From Toensbergia leucococca (lineage: Eukaryota), in assembly GCA_022813965.1 (NCBI GenBank), contig JALDZS010000113.1:1-64000 (forward strand): 64,000 nt of DNA, written 5' to 3'. The notes beneath the pieces were generated by a model. That model had not been told where the DNA came from, did not search any database, and saw nothing but the letters and a program-made list of their open reading frames with translations. Every line of letters starts with the position of its first letter. Positions within the stretch are counted from its first letter, which is position 1. The position numbers and the translations under genes were made by a program. Positions 35,601 to 49,288 of this stretch are shown in pieces.

Positions 35601-38600
35601 AACGTCATGGCCTTAGTCATGAGTGACAGTGCGCCAATTCGACAGCGACATTGAGACAGAGGAATAGACTTTGATCACCGGCGTCTCGATCGAGTGGATA
35701 GGGAGCATGGATTGGATGGATTGGATGGATTGGCCACTGATCCAAGCATGTGCTGGCAGCCCCCGTCTTCTGCTCGACGTCTAGATGGTCGTGGTATTGG
35801 AGGGTTGTTTTCATTTCGAATGCGATGCTGATGCGGCTGCAGCATTAAACTCGCACTGCATGAAAAGATGGAGGTGAATCTCCTTTCCATCTTGTTCATG
35901 CCTACGGGGAACTGGCTCGGAATATCCAGGCCAATGACCAGGCAACCAAGGGGTGCATGAAGATGATGATATGTTTCAATTGAACGAATCCAGCTAGAAA
36001 TGGTATGACAACGGCCATGCAGCCGTACTCGTAGAATATGGTGTGCAGGCTTCCGCGTGTCAATGATGACTTTTTCCAAATCGGTCCAGCGGCCACTATA
36101 TTCGCATGAATGGTCTCATCAGTCATCAGTGCTCAGCAAGGGGTGCAACGATCTTCAAGACAAGGTCCATGGTATTGTTGATGAGCTTGCCGCAATAGGC
36201 CTGCTCATTCGCCAGGGCCGCTCTCTCCGGCTGGCAGTCGTCGTTGCTAGTGGTCAGGTTTCGCCTGCACCGAGCCGCTCTTGCATATGCGAGTGTTGAG
36301 GACCCGCCGCTTTCCCTGACAGGGAGGCCTCAAGCTGCTGGACGGTGGACAGGCGCGAATACCTTCTCGTCGGGAGGACTTTCAGGCCAGATGTAGTCAT
36401 GGCATGCAAGGTCGAGTTATCAGTATCTTTTGCCTCTCCTCGAGCCTGTGTCAATCTCCTTCAGCCTCCTGATACTCTATAGTCGATGATCACATCCTAA
36501 TGCTAATCTTAATCCTATTCTAATCCTAGTCCTGGATCAAGCAAACCGCCCCCCTCTTCCCTCTTGTCCTTGATAAGCCCACGGCCAGGGATCCCGATTG
36601 GAGCTCCAATCATCAGCGACCACGTCGTACTCTTACCCACCCCTCATTCTCATCCGTCATCACAAGCTCCACTCTCCACTCTTCAGTCTCCCCTCGTCTT
36701 GCTACAAGCCACTCACATGGCAGCGCAATCTCGACTTTCGAATCCTTTACCAAAAAACATCATCTTTTAGCTGCTGATAGCGGATCGTGTCCAGAGTGGC
36801 ATGATCGGCAACCAAGGCAGCTTGGAAACGGCGCTGCATTCCCCATGCAGAGCGACTATCGATCTGCTGCAACGATCGTCGCTCGTCGGCCCACTAATCG
36901 ACTTTTCCAGCTCCAACTCGTCATAACCAAACTTCAGCATCCGGTACGAAAAGAAGCCTATGCAACCGAATCAAGGGAAAGTCATGCACCTATGTTCTGC
37001 TGCAAATCTTAACTCTGCTTAATCTCATGCGCGCCAAGATCCATCTTTCTTATTCTAACATGCTTTTTTCAACAAAGAAGAATAATTGATTGCGCTGCTA
37101 GAATAGTGAAGAAATAATCGTCTCATCCATGAAATCACATCATTTATTCAACACCCATTGACGTTAACTACGCGACGTGCCAAATCCCAGATCTACTCGA
37201 TCAACTGAATCAATTCTTTTCATCATCATCGAAAACCCCACTTTGCTTCAAATTCACTACCAATTAAATTCAACCTCACCTGCCCAAAAATCAAAAATCA
37301 AATCTCAAACCACATATCGTTCACCCTTTCTCCAAGGTAAATAAAATAAAATAACCAAAACCCCAAAAATACACACCCGATCCTCTCAATCCACAAGTCC
37401 CATCCTAATTCCCCCTCAGCACTACCCCCCTTTCACTCAGCATTGAATTCCCCACCCCGACCACTCACAAAGCCCCAACCCTCCTCCTAACAGACTCAGC
37501 CCCTGAGCATCCGGCACCCAAGCCCCCTCCGCCTTCCTTCCCTTCAAGCCACCTGCAGCACTTTCCCTCCCCTCTTTCAAAACACTCTATCTATCCCCTC
37601 CCGGCCTCAAACAAAAAGACCCTCCACTACCATTCCCGTACGCACCACCTACAACCGCTCTACCCTTCCCCCACAAAAGGAAAACGCACATCAATGAATA
37701 AAAACCCCCTCCTTCCCCCTCACTAACTCTTTTAAACAAAAAGGGGGGGGGGACCTCTCATAAAACATGATTCTCAATTATAAAGGTATGCAGCACGCGA
37801 CTAAATCGCACAATCCCTCAAGAATTCCCAAAAAAAAATTCAAAAAGGTATTAAAAAGAAAAGCCCCCTACTCCTCCCTTCCCCTTCCCCTTCCCCTTCC
37901 CCCCTCCTCCCCCCCTTCTTCAAGACGATGCAAAAGACCTAAATCACACACAATCAAACCATCACAACAAAAAAAAAATACCCTCACCCTCACCCCTACC
38001 GCCCCTTCCTCACCCTCTCACGCCCCCCCAAAAAAATCCCGCATCAATCAATCCCGTTTTCAAAAACATGAATATGGATGTGAACACGATCAAATCAAAC
38101 ACCTCAACAAAACAAACCAAACTCACATCATGAAAGCAGAAAGGGGAAATGAAGAAAGAAACTACCAAAGGCGCCCTGGGGGTTCGAGAAATCAGCACAG
38201 CAGCACCCCATATCAGCATCCTATATCAGCACCCCACAACGGAAACCCCGCCCCCCAGTCCATCCTGACCCCAAAAAAAAAGGGAATATCATGATCGACC
38301 CCCTTCAAAAAAAAAAGGGTCAAATCCTCACAATCCAACAACCCAAGGCGCACAAAAAGCCCAGAAGTAGCGGGGGAAAGGGCAAGAGGGGGACGGATAA
38401 ACATGTACCAAAGATATCATATCTCTTTGTTTTGGGGAGGGGGGGGGTTTGGAATCTTGAGAGAGAGAGATATGTATACGATCACAAGAACCCTAGGTGC
38501 AGAGACCACCACAAAAAAAATCGATTGCAAATCCAAAAGCATCCCCCCACACCCTGCTGATTCAACTATAAAAAAAGATATGATTGAAAAAGTTCCACAC

Positions 38601-38738
38601 ATCTTTCCAAACAAGAGCAAGAAAGGGAAGAAATGATTGCCCAAAACGCCTCCCTCTCCCCTCTTTATATTTAAAAAAAAAACTTCCCTACCCAGCGACA
38701 TCACCCATAAAAAAACCCCCAATGGCCCTCAAGCAAGC

Positions 38739-40380
38739 TCAAATCCTCCCTTCCTCCTCCTTCTCTTGCCCCAAATCCCTCATCATCCATCCCACAATCC
38801 CCCAAACGCCCCTCATAGCCTCTAACCGATCCTCGGCGACGAGTAAATCATACCAACGCGAGCGGTGCAGTTGCAGGAGGAACCAGGGTTCGTGGGCGGG
38901 GATGGGTTGGTTGGCGAGGGTGTCGGAAGTGAGGTAGGCTAGGTAGGAGGGGTGGACGCGCAGGTGCAGGATGGAGATGTGGTGGAGGATGGAGGAGATC
39001 ATGTAGATCTGTTGTTTGGTGGGGGCGTTAGTGGGGCTGATGAGTGATGGGTTTAGGAGGTGGTGGAGAAAGGTAAAAGTGCAAGGTAGATGCAGGGGTC
39101 AATCACCTCGTCGTATTCGCTGCCTTTTTCCCGTCCGATTTGCATATAAGTGACTCGTTTGTCCCATGTGCTGAGTGGTGGCTTCATAGATTTGTAGGCT
39201 TCCGTGACACTCGGTTTCCGCATTCGCTTCCGGCTGTTGGTGGCATCATCTTCGATCTTTTCGTCCGGATCACACACCTCTCCGCCCAACCCACCTCCCC
39301 ACCGAGGCGTATGAGCCCACCACTTGCCTTCCCCACGCTTCGGTTCCTCTTGCCCCTCTCTCGCTCTCTCTTGCGCTGTCAGCAGCATCGCACCCACTTC
39401 CCGAAGTAGATCGGCAAGCTCGCCCTTTCCTTCTCCCTGTCGATCTCCATTTGCGCGAAACGACGTGTCACCGCGACATTGAATACCGATTAAAGGGCCC
39501 TCGACGAACCCGTGCCTAGCTCGAGAACGGTCTTTGGGAGAGCGATATACGACTCCCGTTTGGCGAACCGGGAGGAAGAGATTTTGCATTTTCAGTTTTG
39601 GTAGCACTCGAGGACGCTCGACTCTGCAACCAAAAGCCCAGGCAACTGTCTCGACGAATGTACGAACGGTCTCGTCACGGTATTGTTCTGGCATATCACG
39701 TCCAGTGCCAATGCGACGGCCGGTGTAGGTTTTTGTATTGGTGGTTAGCATGGTATCATCCATTATGTCCCGATCTTCCCGGTTTGCTTCGGAGCGGACC
39801 GAGTCAACGTCCATGCAGTCGCGGTCCGCTTGTGTTGGAGCGAGCGATGTATCGTTGTCCAGGCTCGTATCCCAGTACTGAGCCATGACAGCTAGGTTAT
39901 CCCAGAACTTTCGAAACTGGACCAGTCGAACAGGCGGATGGTCTGGCAAGGGAGTTAACTTTTGGAGAAATCGAAAGGCATCCTCGTTACTGAAGAGCAA
40001 TTCTTTCATTCGTGTAAAATATACTTCATGGCTAGGTATTGCGGCGCCATTACTCAACGTCTCACTAGAAGGTAGAGAAGCCGGGAAGACATCAGAACCC
40101 CCTTTTTGAGCAGGGTTTTGTTGCCAAGATGTTGGTGGTAGATATTTGGAAGGAACTAGCTGCTCCAAGGGGACGTCTCTAGTCACTTTGAGATTGAGGG
40201 CTTCGGCATGGTCGCAAGTAAGGTCATATATGTAGCGGACGGAGGCGAAAAGGCCCCCTAAGGTTTCTTGATTTTTGAGCTCGAAAAGAGGAATGGCAGG
40301 AGGCGTAAACACAGGGAAATCAATTGGCGTTGCTGGAGTCGGTGGCTCCCTTAGCCGGTCTTCGTCCTGGGGTGCGGCTA
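38739..40380 (-). CDS. Fungal hypothetical protein; 5' end not resolved
   Basis: 419-aa ORF (YTGRRIGTGRDMPEQYR, GIQCR, AQERAREG, WWAHTPRWGGG) spliced (YDE|IYMISSILHH) to a terminal exon containing SRWYDL. An acceptor near 40383 implies a further upstream exon. Confidence 0.75.
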
Positions 40381-41941
40381 TAAGGCAGATTAGTCAGGAA
40401 AGCTCGAAGCATTTTGAACTTTCTGCAGCTGGCACGATGAGTGAAAGTTTTGTTTCTGATCTCTGCAAACACAGACATGGATTTTTACTGAATAATATCT
40501 GTAGATAAGATGAGACATGTTGAGGTGCGATGGAGCTCTGTTGGAGTAAAAGCGTCTTGGGCCAACACACAGATACTTGAGGAAAAAAGCGAAGCGTACA
40601 ACAAGGGGCACAACACCAAGTAGCAAGCCAGGTCATACAAGGAGCCATTGTGAAGAATTAGAAGGTTTTATCCAAAAAGAGGTTCAGAATTGATATTAGG
40701 GTTTGGTTTGTTATTGGAAGCGATCAGAGACTCTCTGATATGCTCTACTGGCTTATTGACCGAAATGCCTGGATAGTGGAGATGAGATGGGGGAGCATGG
40801 GGCGGTGGTAGAGGTGGGCAGATATTGATGTTTTGCTTCTCTGCTCAATGAAGAAAACGGGGTGATAAAGTGGCAGGCTTGGGTCTTGATCCTGGTGTTG
40901 AATACGAGTAACAAACGGAGCTTCAAGCATACTTATAGAGGGCAAGAAGAACATGATAGCAGCGTCGTTGATGATGTAGGAGGAGTAAAGGAGAATGAAA
41001 GAAAGAAAGAAAGATCAAAAAAGGGTTGGTGGACGTACTCAGGACAGCCAAATTGCCGAACATCATAAACTTTTCCACCCATGTCATTTTGTCACTGTCC
41101 CGTGACTTCCCTCTTCCTTCCTTCTTCCTTCCCAAATCCCAATCAGGCTACCTACTTAGCTGTCTGCTGTCTCTCAATCTCAACTCCAGCATCAAGTCAG
41201 CTTTGTCTTTCCTAGAACTTGGGTGCCGTGTTTGTATAGGTCTTGCTGTGCCGCTCACCATGTTGCTTCCTATGGTAAAAAGCAATGCCACTCGGTGCAC
41301 GGCAGCCAGGCGGTTTCGGGTAAAGCGCCATCTCCATGTGAAGATGAAGCTGCCTGTTTGGTTACATTTCATCGACAGCACACTTATTTGACGACAATGA
41401 TGACTGTACCAATGAGACACCCAATATCGAGTATACATACGGTTTTTTATACTTGTCTACTCCGTCGACATCACTTTACTCCAACACGACGGATTCCAAT
41501 GTCAGACAATTGACGAGCATATCTTCATCATATGCATCTGCAACCACTATGAACGAGTTGTTCTCTCTGCTTTGACCATCTTCAGGCACGTATATGCTTG
41601 CCATTAGCTCCTCGAACTTTGCCCTACCAATCCAAGCCTTTTTGTGCCAAATACTTGTGTATGTACAAGTCGAGATGATAATCACAAAGGCTGAACGCCA
41701 TCCAGAGAATAAGGTACACGGATGCCAGCATTATCTGTGCACCTGCGACCGCCAATCTACTCCTGCTTGTAACATCTCTGACCTTCCAAAGCCGTCGTAT
41801 CATGTAATAGAAAAGGGTAGTAAGCGCTGAAGCTCAGAGTGAACCTGGACTGATTAGCAAAGCCATGCTCTAAATTCTCATGGAAAGATCCTACCAAATT
41901 GGAGGCTATCTCTCCAAAGTTCCTACCAGCAAGGAAGCCTC

Positions 41942-42718
41942 TCAAAAATAACCTAGATTAACACTATACCGAGTCAGGGTTTGCCAGCTGCTACGACGGC
42001 CATCTCTTGACCTGTCATCTCTTGAGCTACCATTTCTTCGGGCATTATCTGTCGAGATATCGGTCCTTGAGATGTTTTCTATCGAGCTATCACTTCTTAA
42101 AGTATTGTTTGTCGAGGTATCAGTTCTTGAGGTATCAGTTCTTGAGGTATTATCTCTTGAGGTATCTATCCTTGAGGAATCGTCTCTTGCGTAATCACGT
42201 CTGTCATAAGTATAGAGCCCCGATGTGCTATTCCTCTGCTCAATAACGTCGACACGAGTATTGTCCCTAGAGCGACGTCGAAGGTTATAGCTAGCAGTGA
42301 CGGTATGCCTGTGTGCCATTTGATTTGTCCTATGCCTTGATCTCCCACCATTACGCTATTCTATCGTCAGCCTCAAACCCTGTTAGACATATTGTGTCTC
42401 CCCAAACATCGCTGGTGCAAAACGTACACCAAAGGTCCCAGGACCTACGTAATACCAGATTGCCAACCACAAGAGCACTATAAAGCTCACTGCGCAGTAG
42501 ATGAACAGCAAGTACGTCGCAATTGGGACCCATGATTGACGATCCCAAGGTACTTGTGGAGTACCGTCGATAGTAGGCAATGGTGTGCCAGTTGCCGGAG
42601 ACTCGCCAACGACGAATGTGAAAGAGGTGTCGAGGAAGATTGGACTTGCGAGTGGAACAGCCGCTCCGTAGAGGACGAGATTTAGAAGGATAATCGCGAG
42701 AGAGTGTACCGAGCACAT
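41942..42718 (-). CDS. Orphan single-pass membrane protein with pentapeptide-repeat tail; exons 42718-42428 and 42355-41942 (234 aa)
   Basis: Signal-like N-terminus and a TM helix (IATYLLFIYCAVSFIVLLWLAIWYYV). A consensus intron GTACGT..GCTGAC..ATAG (42427-42356) joins two ORFs in frame. The tail is built of SRDNT/SRTDT repeats. Confidence 0.65.
42005..42190. repeat. Degenerate 15-bp tandem repeat (CTTGAGGTATCAGTT-like)
   Basis: Recurring ..CTTGAG/GTCGAG.. at 15-nt spacing; encodes the S-R-x-D/N-T repeats on the minus strand. Confidence 0.85.
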
Positions 42719-43084
42719 TTTATTGAAATTTGTGTTGCGGCAATAAGATTATTGACAGGATGAGATATCAAACAAGTGAATGATGTAGTCTAGAGACAGT
42801 GATGTGAGGTTCTTGAATTACCTACGATGACGCCGAGATGAGATGGAGAGTAGTAGGATGTTGAGATCTTTTACACAGTTCCTATCGAGGTCTTCCATAT
42901 CAGAAATAACACCAATCCATACCAGTTGGAAGAACAATGTTAAATTGTGTTCAGAGCACAATATCATGAACACCCTTTTCCCTGAGATGCAAATCGCTAA
43001 GAAATAGTCAACGAACAATCGCATCCATGTGTTGAAACCTCCGTTACGCCGCGCATTGTGCCCGTCAGTCAATACCACATAATA

Positions 43085-44843
43085 TCATTGCGATCCTTCC
43101 TTGATCCACGGTAAGCTGAAAGTACCGACCCATTCTTCAACCTCTCGCCTTAGCTCCACTATCTCTCTAAACTCGTTGCCATCCCCGAGGAACTCCAAAA
43201 AAGCTTTCACGCTCCCTGGATTCTTCTTTCCTTTCGTTTCCGAATCTGTCTTGGCTTTCTTGTCTAGCATCTGGGCAATGGTAACGGCGCGATCAACGAC
43301 CTCTGCTACTCGAGTAAAATCTTCAGGCTGGAATCCTCGAGTGGTCATAGCGGGCGTGCCCATACGTAATCCACCCGGTTTCATCGCTGAAATGTCGCCC
43401 GGTACCGTGTTCTTATTGCTAGCGACACCTACCAACTCGAGGACACGTTCCACCCTAGCACCATCTATACCTCGGTCCTTTAGATCCATGAGTACAAGGT
43501 GATTGTCGGTGCCTCCGGAAACAACAGTATAGCCCAACCCGCCTTTCTCTTTTGAGTTGCCCAATCGATTAGAAAGAGCTTTGGCATTCAACAAAACAGT
43601 CTCTTGATATTCTTTGAATTCTCGACTTTGTGCTTGGGATAGTGCTACAGCCAAGGCAGTAATAGTATGATTGTGAGGACCACCTTGATGGCCTGGAAAT
43701 ACCGAGGCGTTGATAGGATTTTCGAGGTCATACATCTCCTTGTTGCCCTTTTTGTCGACCCTACGTACACCTTTACGGAAGAAGATCATCGCACCTCGAG
43801 GGCCTCGTAGAGATTTATGTGTGGTTGTGGTAACGACATCTGAGTGAGGGAATGGCGATGGAATAACGTCCCCTGCCACTAGGCCTGAGATATGGGCCAT
43901 ATCACTAAGTAGATAAGCTCCGACCTTTTCAGCAATTTCTCGCATACGCTTGTACTCTATGAGTCTGCTATACGCAGAGGTACCAGCGATAATGATTCGT
44001 GGACGATACAAGATTGCCATCTCTTCGAGCTTTTGGTAATCTATCAAGCCTGTCGATTCGTCCAGACGATATGGTAGAGTCTCAAAGTATTTAGAAATGG
44101 CTGAAATCTTTTTCGTAGGTGTCTGGTAGCCATGAGACAAGTGTCCACCATGAGGAAGGTCAAGACCCATAATCCGGTCGTGCGAATTAAGTAAAGCAGA
44201 ATAGGCATATAAGTTTGCTGGAGATCCAGAGAGTGCTGTATTTCTGAGATTAGAATTTCTCAAAATGCGATTGTAGGACTAGACGGTGACACACGCTGCA
44301 CATTGACACCCCATTCCTCCTCATTCAACCGGAAAGTCTGTAGTGCTCGTTTCTGACACAATCGCTCTGCTTGGTCGATATATTCGTTGCCTCCATAATA
44401 CCGTGCCCCCGGATATCCTTCTGAATATTTGTCTGACGAGTCATAAGCCTTCGACTTTTCAGGGATTTTCCTCAAGACTTTAGCATACTCTGCATAACGC
44501 TACCCAAGGCATCGAGAACTGCTTGAGAGGTGAAATTTTCAGAGGGAATCAGGTTGATGAAATGCTTTTGCCGCCTCTTCTCTTTTTGTAGAATTTCGTA
44601 GACGGTAGGATCAGCTTCCTCCAAGTTCGCTGACAGGAGCTAGCAGCATGTCAATAGAATACGTTGCCTGTAGCAGAGGTCATATACCTTTTGCTGGCTA
44701 TCAGCTCTCATGGAGCTCAATCCCCGCCATTGTACCAACGGCCGTGCTTGCAGGCCCCGCCAGCGGCAATTGGTTACCGCCGGTATTCTGGAATAGGCAC
44801 ACACAATTCTCTGGGCATACCTCGTGCATGATCTTGAAGACAT
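43085..44843 (-). CDS. SHM1: Serine hydroxymethyltransferase, mitochondrial, 4 exons
   Basis: Arg-rich presequence; [52 protein letters not shown] lysine motif [33 protein letters not shown]. Confidence 0.97.
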
Positions 44844-46202
44844 TGAGGTGATGGACGAAGAATGTCCTTCTCACCACGAATCACGTTTGCCTGTCTGTCG
44901 CATTAAGACCTCTCGGCTCGCGGGTCCACCACCGGAAGTTGCCGGGAATCATATTGTATTCTGGAATAGAATATTCTAGCGCCTCGCTTGGCAAAATAGG
45001 TAGCGTGGTTGGTCAAATGTCAACGTCTGCCCACATTTAGATTTGCTCTCTACAACTAAATCCAAGATGAAGAGATGACCTCTACGACATCTACAGCACT
45101 CACTTGAGTGGCGCAAGCTGTTCAACGTGGGCGATGCTGAAATGTTCTGGGTCCAATCTACCACCTTATAAGAACAAGATGAGACGTTCTGATTGGATGT
45201 GTTGTGCACTTCTTCCTCTTCTTCTTCTTACCATTAATTCCATTGAGCCTCCTTTTTGCCCATTGCTATCTGCACAATTCTTTCCGTGCGCTAAAAGCCA
45301 ATGTCTCGTTGGTACTGGAATCAAGCATGCCGATGGACATAGCCTTGCTGAACCAAGAAGACATCCAAACTTCCTTTTTGACAATCTGACTGTTGGTGGT
45401 TCTTTGTCAAGCTCGATTGCAGGAAATGGGCACCTTAGCTAGCAGGTCGGCCACTGTAGGAAACATGTCTTTGTATCTTTTGCTCTGCTGTTATCCATTA
45501 TCTTGTTTTATCAAACGCTGACCTCTAAACTGAAGTGAAAGTCTGCCTTAGAAACAGACCAGAGAAGTACCTTAGAACTGAGCTTACCCAAAATAATGTG
45601 CCCATGTCGGACCCTTTCATTAGAATCCCACCTATTAGCTTCTGCTTAGCCAGTCCCCGGTGAGACTTCTGAGGAACTGAAGAATCCTAGTCCCAGGCCT
45701 GCCAAGTTATTGTCATTTCCATTCTCGAACTCAAAGCACGTGTAGGTGTATCTCATTTTACAGTTCTACTATCATGATAAGAGAATCTTATACGCCCTTG
45801 GTGGCGCTTCAGGGTGATGACGTGACCTTGAAAGTGAATGATCTGATTCACTCGTTGTTCCTCTCTCAAAATGGTAATCAATGTTTCGCCAACCGGACCA
45901 AGTTTTTAGACGCGATTTTGGATTGAGATACTTGCAAATTCAACACCCCACTCAAACTCAACACCAAGATAGTGGATTTGATGCTTTATCTTCTTTCACA
46001 TCCAATCTCACAAAACCTGCGCCTTGGTACATGATCACAACACAGCTCATGCCTCACACCCTGTCGCCTACAGGGAGTCTCTAGCATCATTCAAAACTCA
46101 AGTCTAATCCCCAAAGCGATCTAATAGGTTCAAGGTAAGCCAAAAACTCACTACCTAATGCTCACCCAGCGCCTGGTGCTGAGCTTTCAATCCTTTGAAC
46201 AG

Positions 46203-47618
46203 ATGGCACGCAAGGCTCAGAAATCGCGAGGCCTCAAGAAGAAGCGTGGTTCAGCTCCAAGTCCCAAACGATCCGACTACCTCATCAATGATATGAAGCT
46301 TGAGGATGGTAGCGACCTCGACGTGTTAGACTATGCCATCAGTAAATCGAGACCGGTCCGTAAGACTCGCGGTAAGCGTGCTCGTGAATCTGGTTTCACC
46401 GACTCGAGCACATTGATCGTGCAGGGCTCCGAGGGCGAGGATTCGAGCAATGACCCAGAGCCTTCAGCAAAGAAACAACGAACCGACTCTCTCAGTGATG
46501 CAGACATGGATAGCGAGGGCGGGAGAGATGTTTCAGTGGAGCTAACGGGTCATGTTACACTCACAACTCCACCATCATTGTCTCCAATCCTCGGATCGCC
46601 ATCGCTCGGACTTCAAAGCCCTAGCTTGGCCGAACCATGTTCCACTGCCGATAAAGCAATTTCATGCCTGCTCGGACGGCGTATGACTATAGCCAAAGCT
46701 GGTACCGAATCGCAGAAACACACTTTGTTGCTTATAGAGGCAGATGGATCTACTAGATCACGTCGACTCCTTCTTCCGCTTCCTGGGAAGAACAGCCATT
46801 TCTACCAGCTCGACTTTGACCCTGATGTGCTTCCTTCGTCTGGTACAATTGCCGTTACGTCAAGTATAGTCAGCAAGAACATGGATGCCTTGTTCCCTGC
46901 AAAACCTCTTGGTTTCGCCGATGAACCTTCACTATTTGATGCTGTTAAGCCTATCCCTGCCAAGATTGGGTTCATGTCGCTTTCTGGAGAGCTGCGTAAC
47001 CGGGTTTATCGTTTGGTCTTTACAGGCGAGCATGTCAACTTCCTATCTCGCCAAGGCTTCTGTCGCTCTGGAAGCCTCCTTCGTACATGCAAGCAGGTCT
47101 ATCAAGAGGGTCGTACAATACTCTATGCAGAGAACTACTTCATCTTCCAACGCGATTTTGACAAACGTGGACAATTTTTCGAGCGTTATTGGTCAGATGT
47201 TGGCTACAAAGATATTCTCCGCTTTCTGCAGATGATCGGTCCTAGTAACATTGGCCTTCTTCAAGATATAGGTATTGCTTTTGATGACGGTACTCCTACT
47301 TCCTGCCCTGGAACTACCCCCGACGAGCGTCGTTACGTGAACGACGATCACTGTATCGCGGTCCTCAAACTTCTTGCTAAGCATGGCAATCTTAAAAAGA
47401 TCAAGATGGGCTTTTATGGGCGTAGGCAACTTTACAGAACCGACACGAAGTTCATCCGAGCGATTTCGGAAGTGAAGGCGGAGGAGGTCGTCTATGGACA
47501 CCCTCGTGCTGGACTTCCAGGTGCTGGTCTATGGTCGTCGGGATACGATGGCAAGACCCAGACGTCCATCAAGGCCGAGCTTACGAAGGCGATGACTCGA
47601 CTGAAGAAAGAAGTGTAG
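46203..47618 (+). CDS. Hypothetical protein with an F-box-like motif; probable 5'UTR intron 46135-46202
   Basis: Long uninterrupted ORF; basic/NLS-like N-terminus; FMSLSGELRNRVYRLVF..LLRTCKQVYQEGRTILYAENYF, a common Pezizomycotina hypothetical-protein motif. Confidence 0.8.
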   Translation: MARKAQKSRGLKKKRGSAPSPKRSDYLINDMKLEDGSDLDVLDYAISKSRPVRKTRGKRARESGFTDSSTLIVQGSEGEDSSNDPEPSAKKQRTDSLSDADMDSEGGRDVSVELTGHVTLTTPPSLSPILGSPSLGLQSPSLAEPCSTADKAISCLLGRRMTIAKAGTESQKHTLLLIEADGSTRSRRLLLPLPGKNSHFYQLDFDPDVLPSSGTIAVTSSIVSKNMDALFPAKPLGFADEPSLFDAVKPIPAKIGFMSLSGELRNRVYRLVFTGEHVNFLSRQGFCRSGSLLRTCKQVYQEGRTILYAENYFIFQRDFDKRGQFFERYWSDVGYKDILRFLQMIGPSNIGLLQDIGIAFDDGTPTSCPGTTPDERRYVNDDHCIAVLKLLAKHGNLKKIKMGFYGRRQLYRTDTKFIRAISEVKAEEVVYGHPRAGLPGAGLWSSGYDGKTQTSIKAELTKAMTRLKKEV

Positions 47619-49288
47619 ACTCCAAATCAGCCAGAATAGCAGGGCCAGGCTGGACCCAAGGCAATAATCACTTAGGAGACATTACAGATGCACCAAGTAT
47701 CAAGCTCTTGGGGCACGTGTGAGAGAGCAATGATTTTATGTAGGTAGTCTTCCAATGCAAAGGTCGATGGATGATTGCTACAGTCTGATCTGGTATCCGA
47801 ACTCCCTCAGCTTCCTCGATTTGCTCTAAAATGTCAACCTGCTCGCCTTATTCTTGTTACGATTCTAAAACGCTCACTAGCCCGATCTCCCTCCTTCATT
47901 TCGTTTTCGATGGCATCAATAAAGGACGGGGAAGCGGGGAATATGAAGTTTGCTGTATTAGGTCATGTATGTCGGCGGAAAGACAAGACGTTTCTTAGGA
48001 AACAGACCGGACAAGTGAGACGGACAATACAAAGACAAGCGTTTGTACGATGCTAGCCTCTACATAGACTGCAGCAGAAATATCAGAATTGTGAAACAGC
48101 CTCTTCAATGATTGTAAAGTAAATAGGTCGAGATGGGCTTTTGCTACCCTTCAGTGAACCCTGACTGTACTTTATTGAGTATGAAACCCACTGATCAGCT
48201 TCCTCATCATTTGCCTTCTTGAGTAGGCTTTTCCATGGTCCGTTGCGATCAAATTTTGCTAGCAGAGAAATAGGCAATGATATTGATGAGAATATTACAA
48301 AGGCTATCAGGGAGGTGTATGGAAGCTTCGTTGAGATTCAAAAGAGGGAATCCTTCCGTGATTAGGTGGCGTTTATTTACTTTAGATCTTGGTAAAGATT
48401 GAATGAATCAAGTGAACGGTGAGATAAAATCAAGTAAAGGGCAAGACTGAGGAATCTTTGACTCTCGTTGCAAGCTTTGATTCAGAACGTTCGGTGTTCC
48501 TCGCTGCAATGAAGTCACGCTTTGATTTTCCTTCTTACAGGTAAGATAGCATGATGTTCGACTCCACAAGACCTATATAATAATGGAGCCCTGGTTCATG
48601 TAGTCCGAAGCAACGAGAAGCTTCCACGTAAGTGTAGGCGATTGCTATGGCTTTGTTACCTGGCACTCCTGGCAAACTGCCACTCCTTTCTCGTTTAGTA
48701 TGCTCTATATCAGACTAGATTCTCCTTATGATTGTTCAGCTATGAAGTCTTGAATCCTAAAATACTGCGATGTATATATATACAACACTCAATCTCCATC
48801 TGCTAACCTACTTCAGAGCGTTGGTTCAGATGAACGAGCGGAAGAGGTTGTCGAGAGAACTCTCAGAGTTGCTGAAGCCTCTGACACCACAGCTTGTGTG
48901 TGAATATTGACCATGACGTTTACTCCATGATATTTAAAATAATACTTCATCGCTATGTATCGATATACTCTACATGTCGTTGACTCGGACTAAAATTTAT
49001 GTTGAACATATCCAGGAAGTGTTATTATAACACAGCACACTAGGAAGAAACGGCAAATCATGACCTTGTACTTGTCTTTCATATACCTTGCTTCCCTACC
49101 ATAAATTCAAAAGGGAAGAGATAAATTTTGGTTTCGAGCTTGTCTCTGTATCTATCAGGTTAGTGCAAGGAATCTGGTCTGAGGAAATCCGAATACAACC
49201 ACAACTTGGTGAGCGAAATATCTTGACTAAGCTCTTTTCCTAACTTGAAACACACTGACTTGATGCTAGCAGATCAAAGGTCTACAGC

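Noticed and set aside
37767..38937. Lys/Pro-rich ORFs of 60-175 aa on the + strand
   Set aside because: Products of A and C homopolymer runs in the low-complexity island.
41000..41940. Short overlapping ORFs as a gene remnant
   Set aside because: No recognisable motif, and I could not build a consistent splice model.
45060..45850. Box C/D-like motifs (ATGAAGA..CTGA; GTGATGA..CTGA) as snoRNAs
   Set aside because: Box spacing is imperfect and I could not identify rRNA-complementary guides; an Rfam/snoscan search would be needed.
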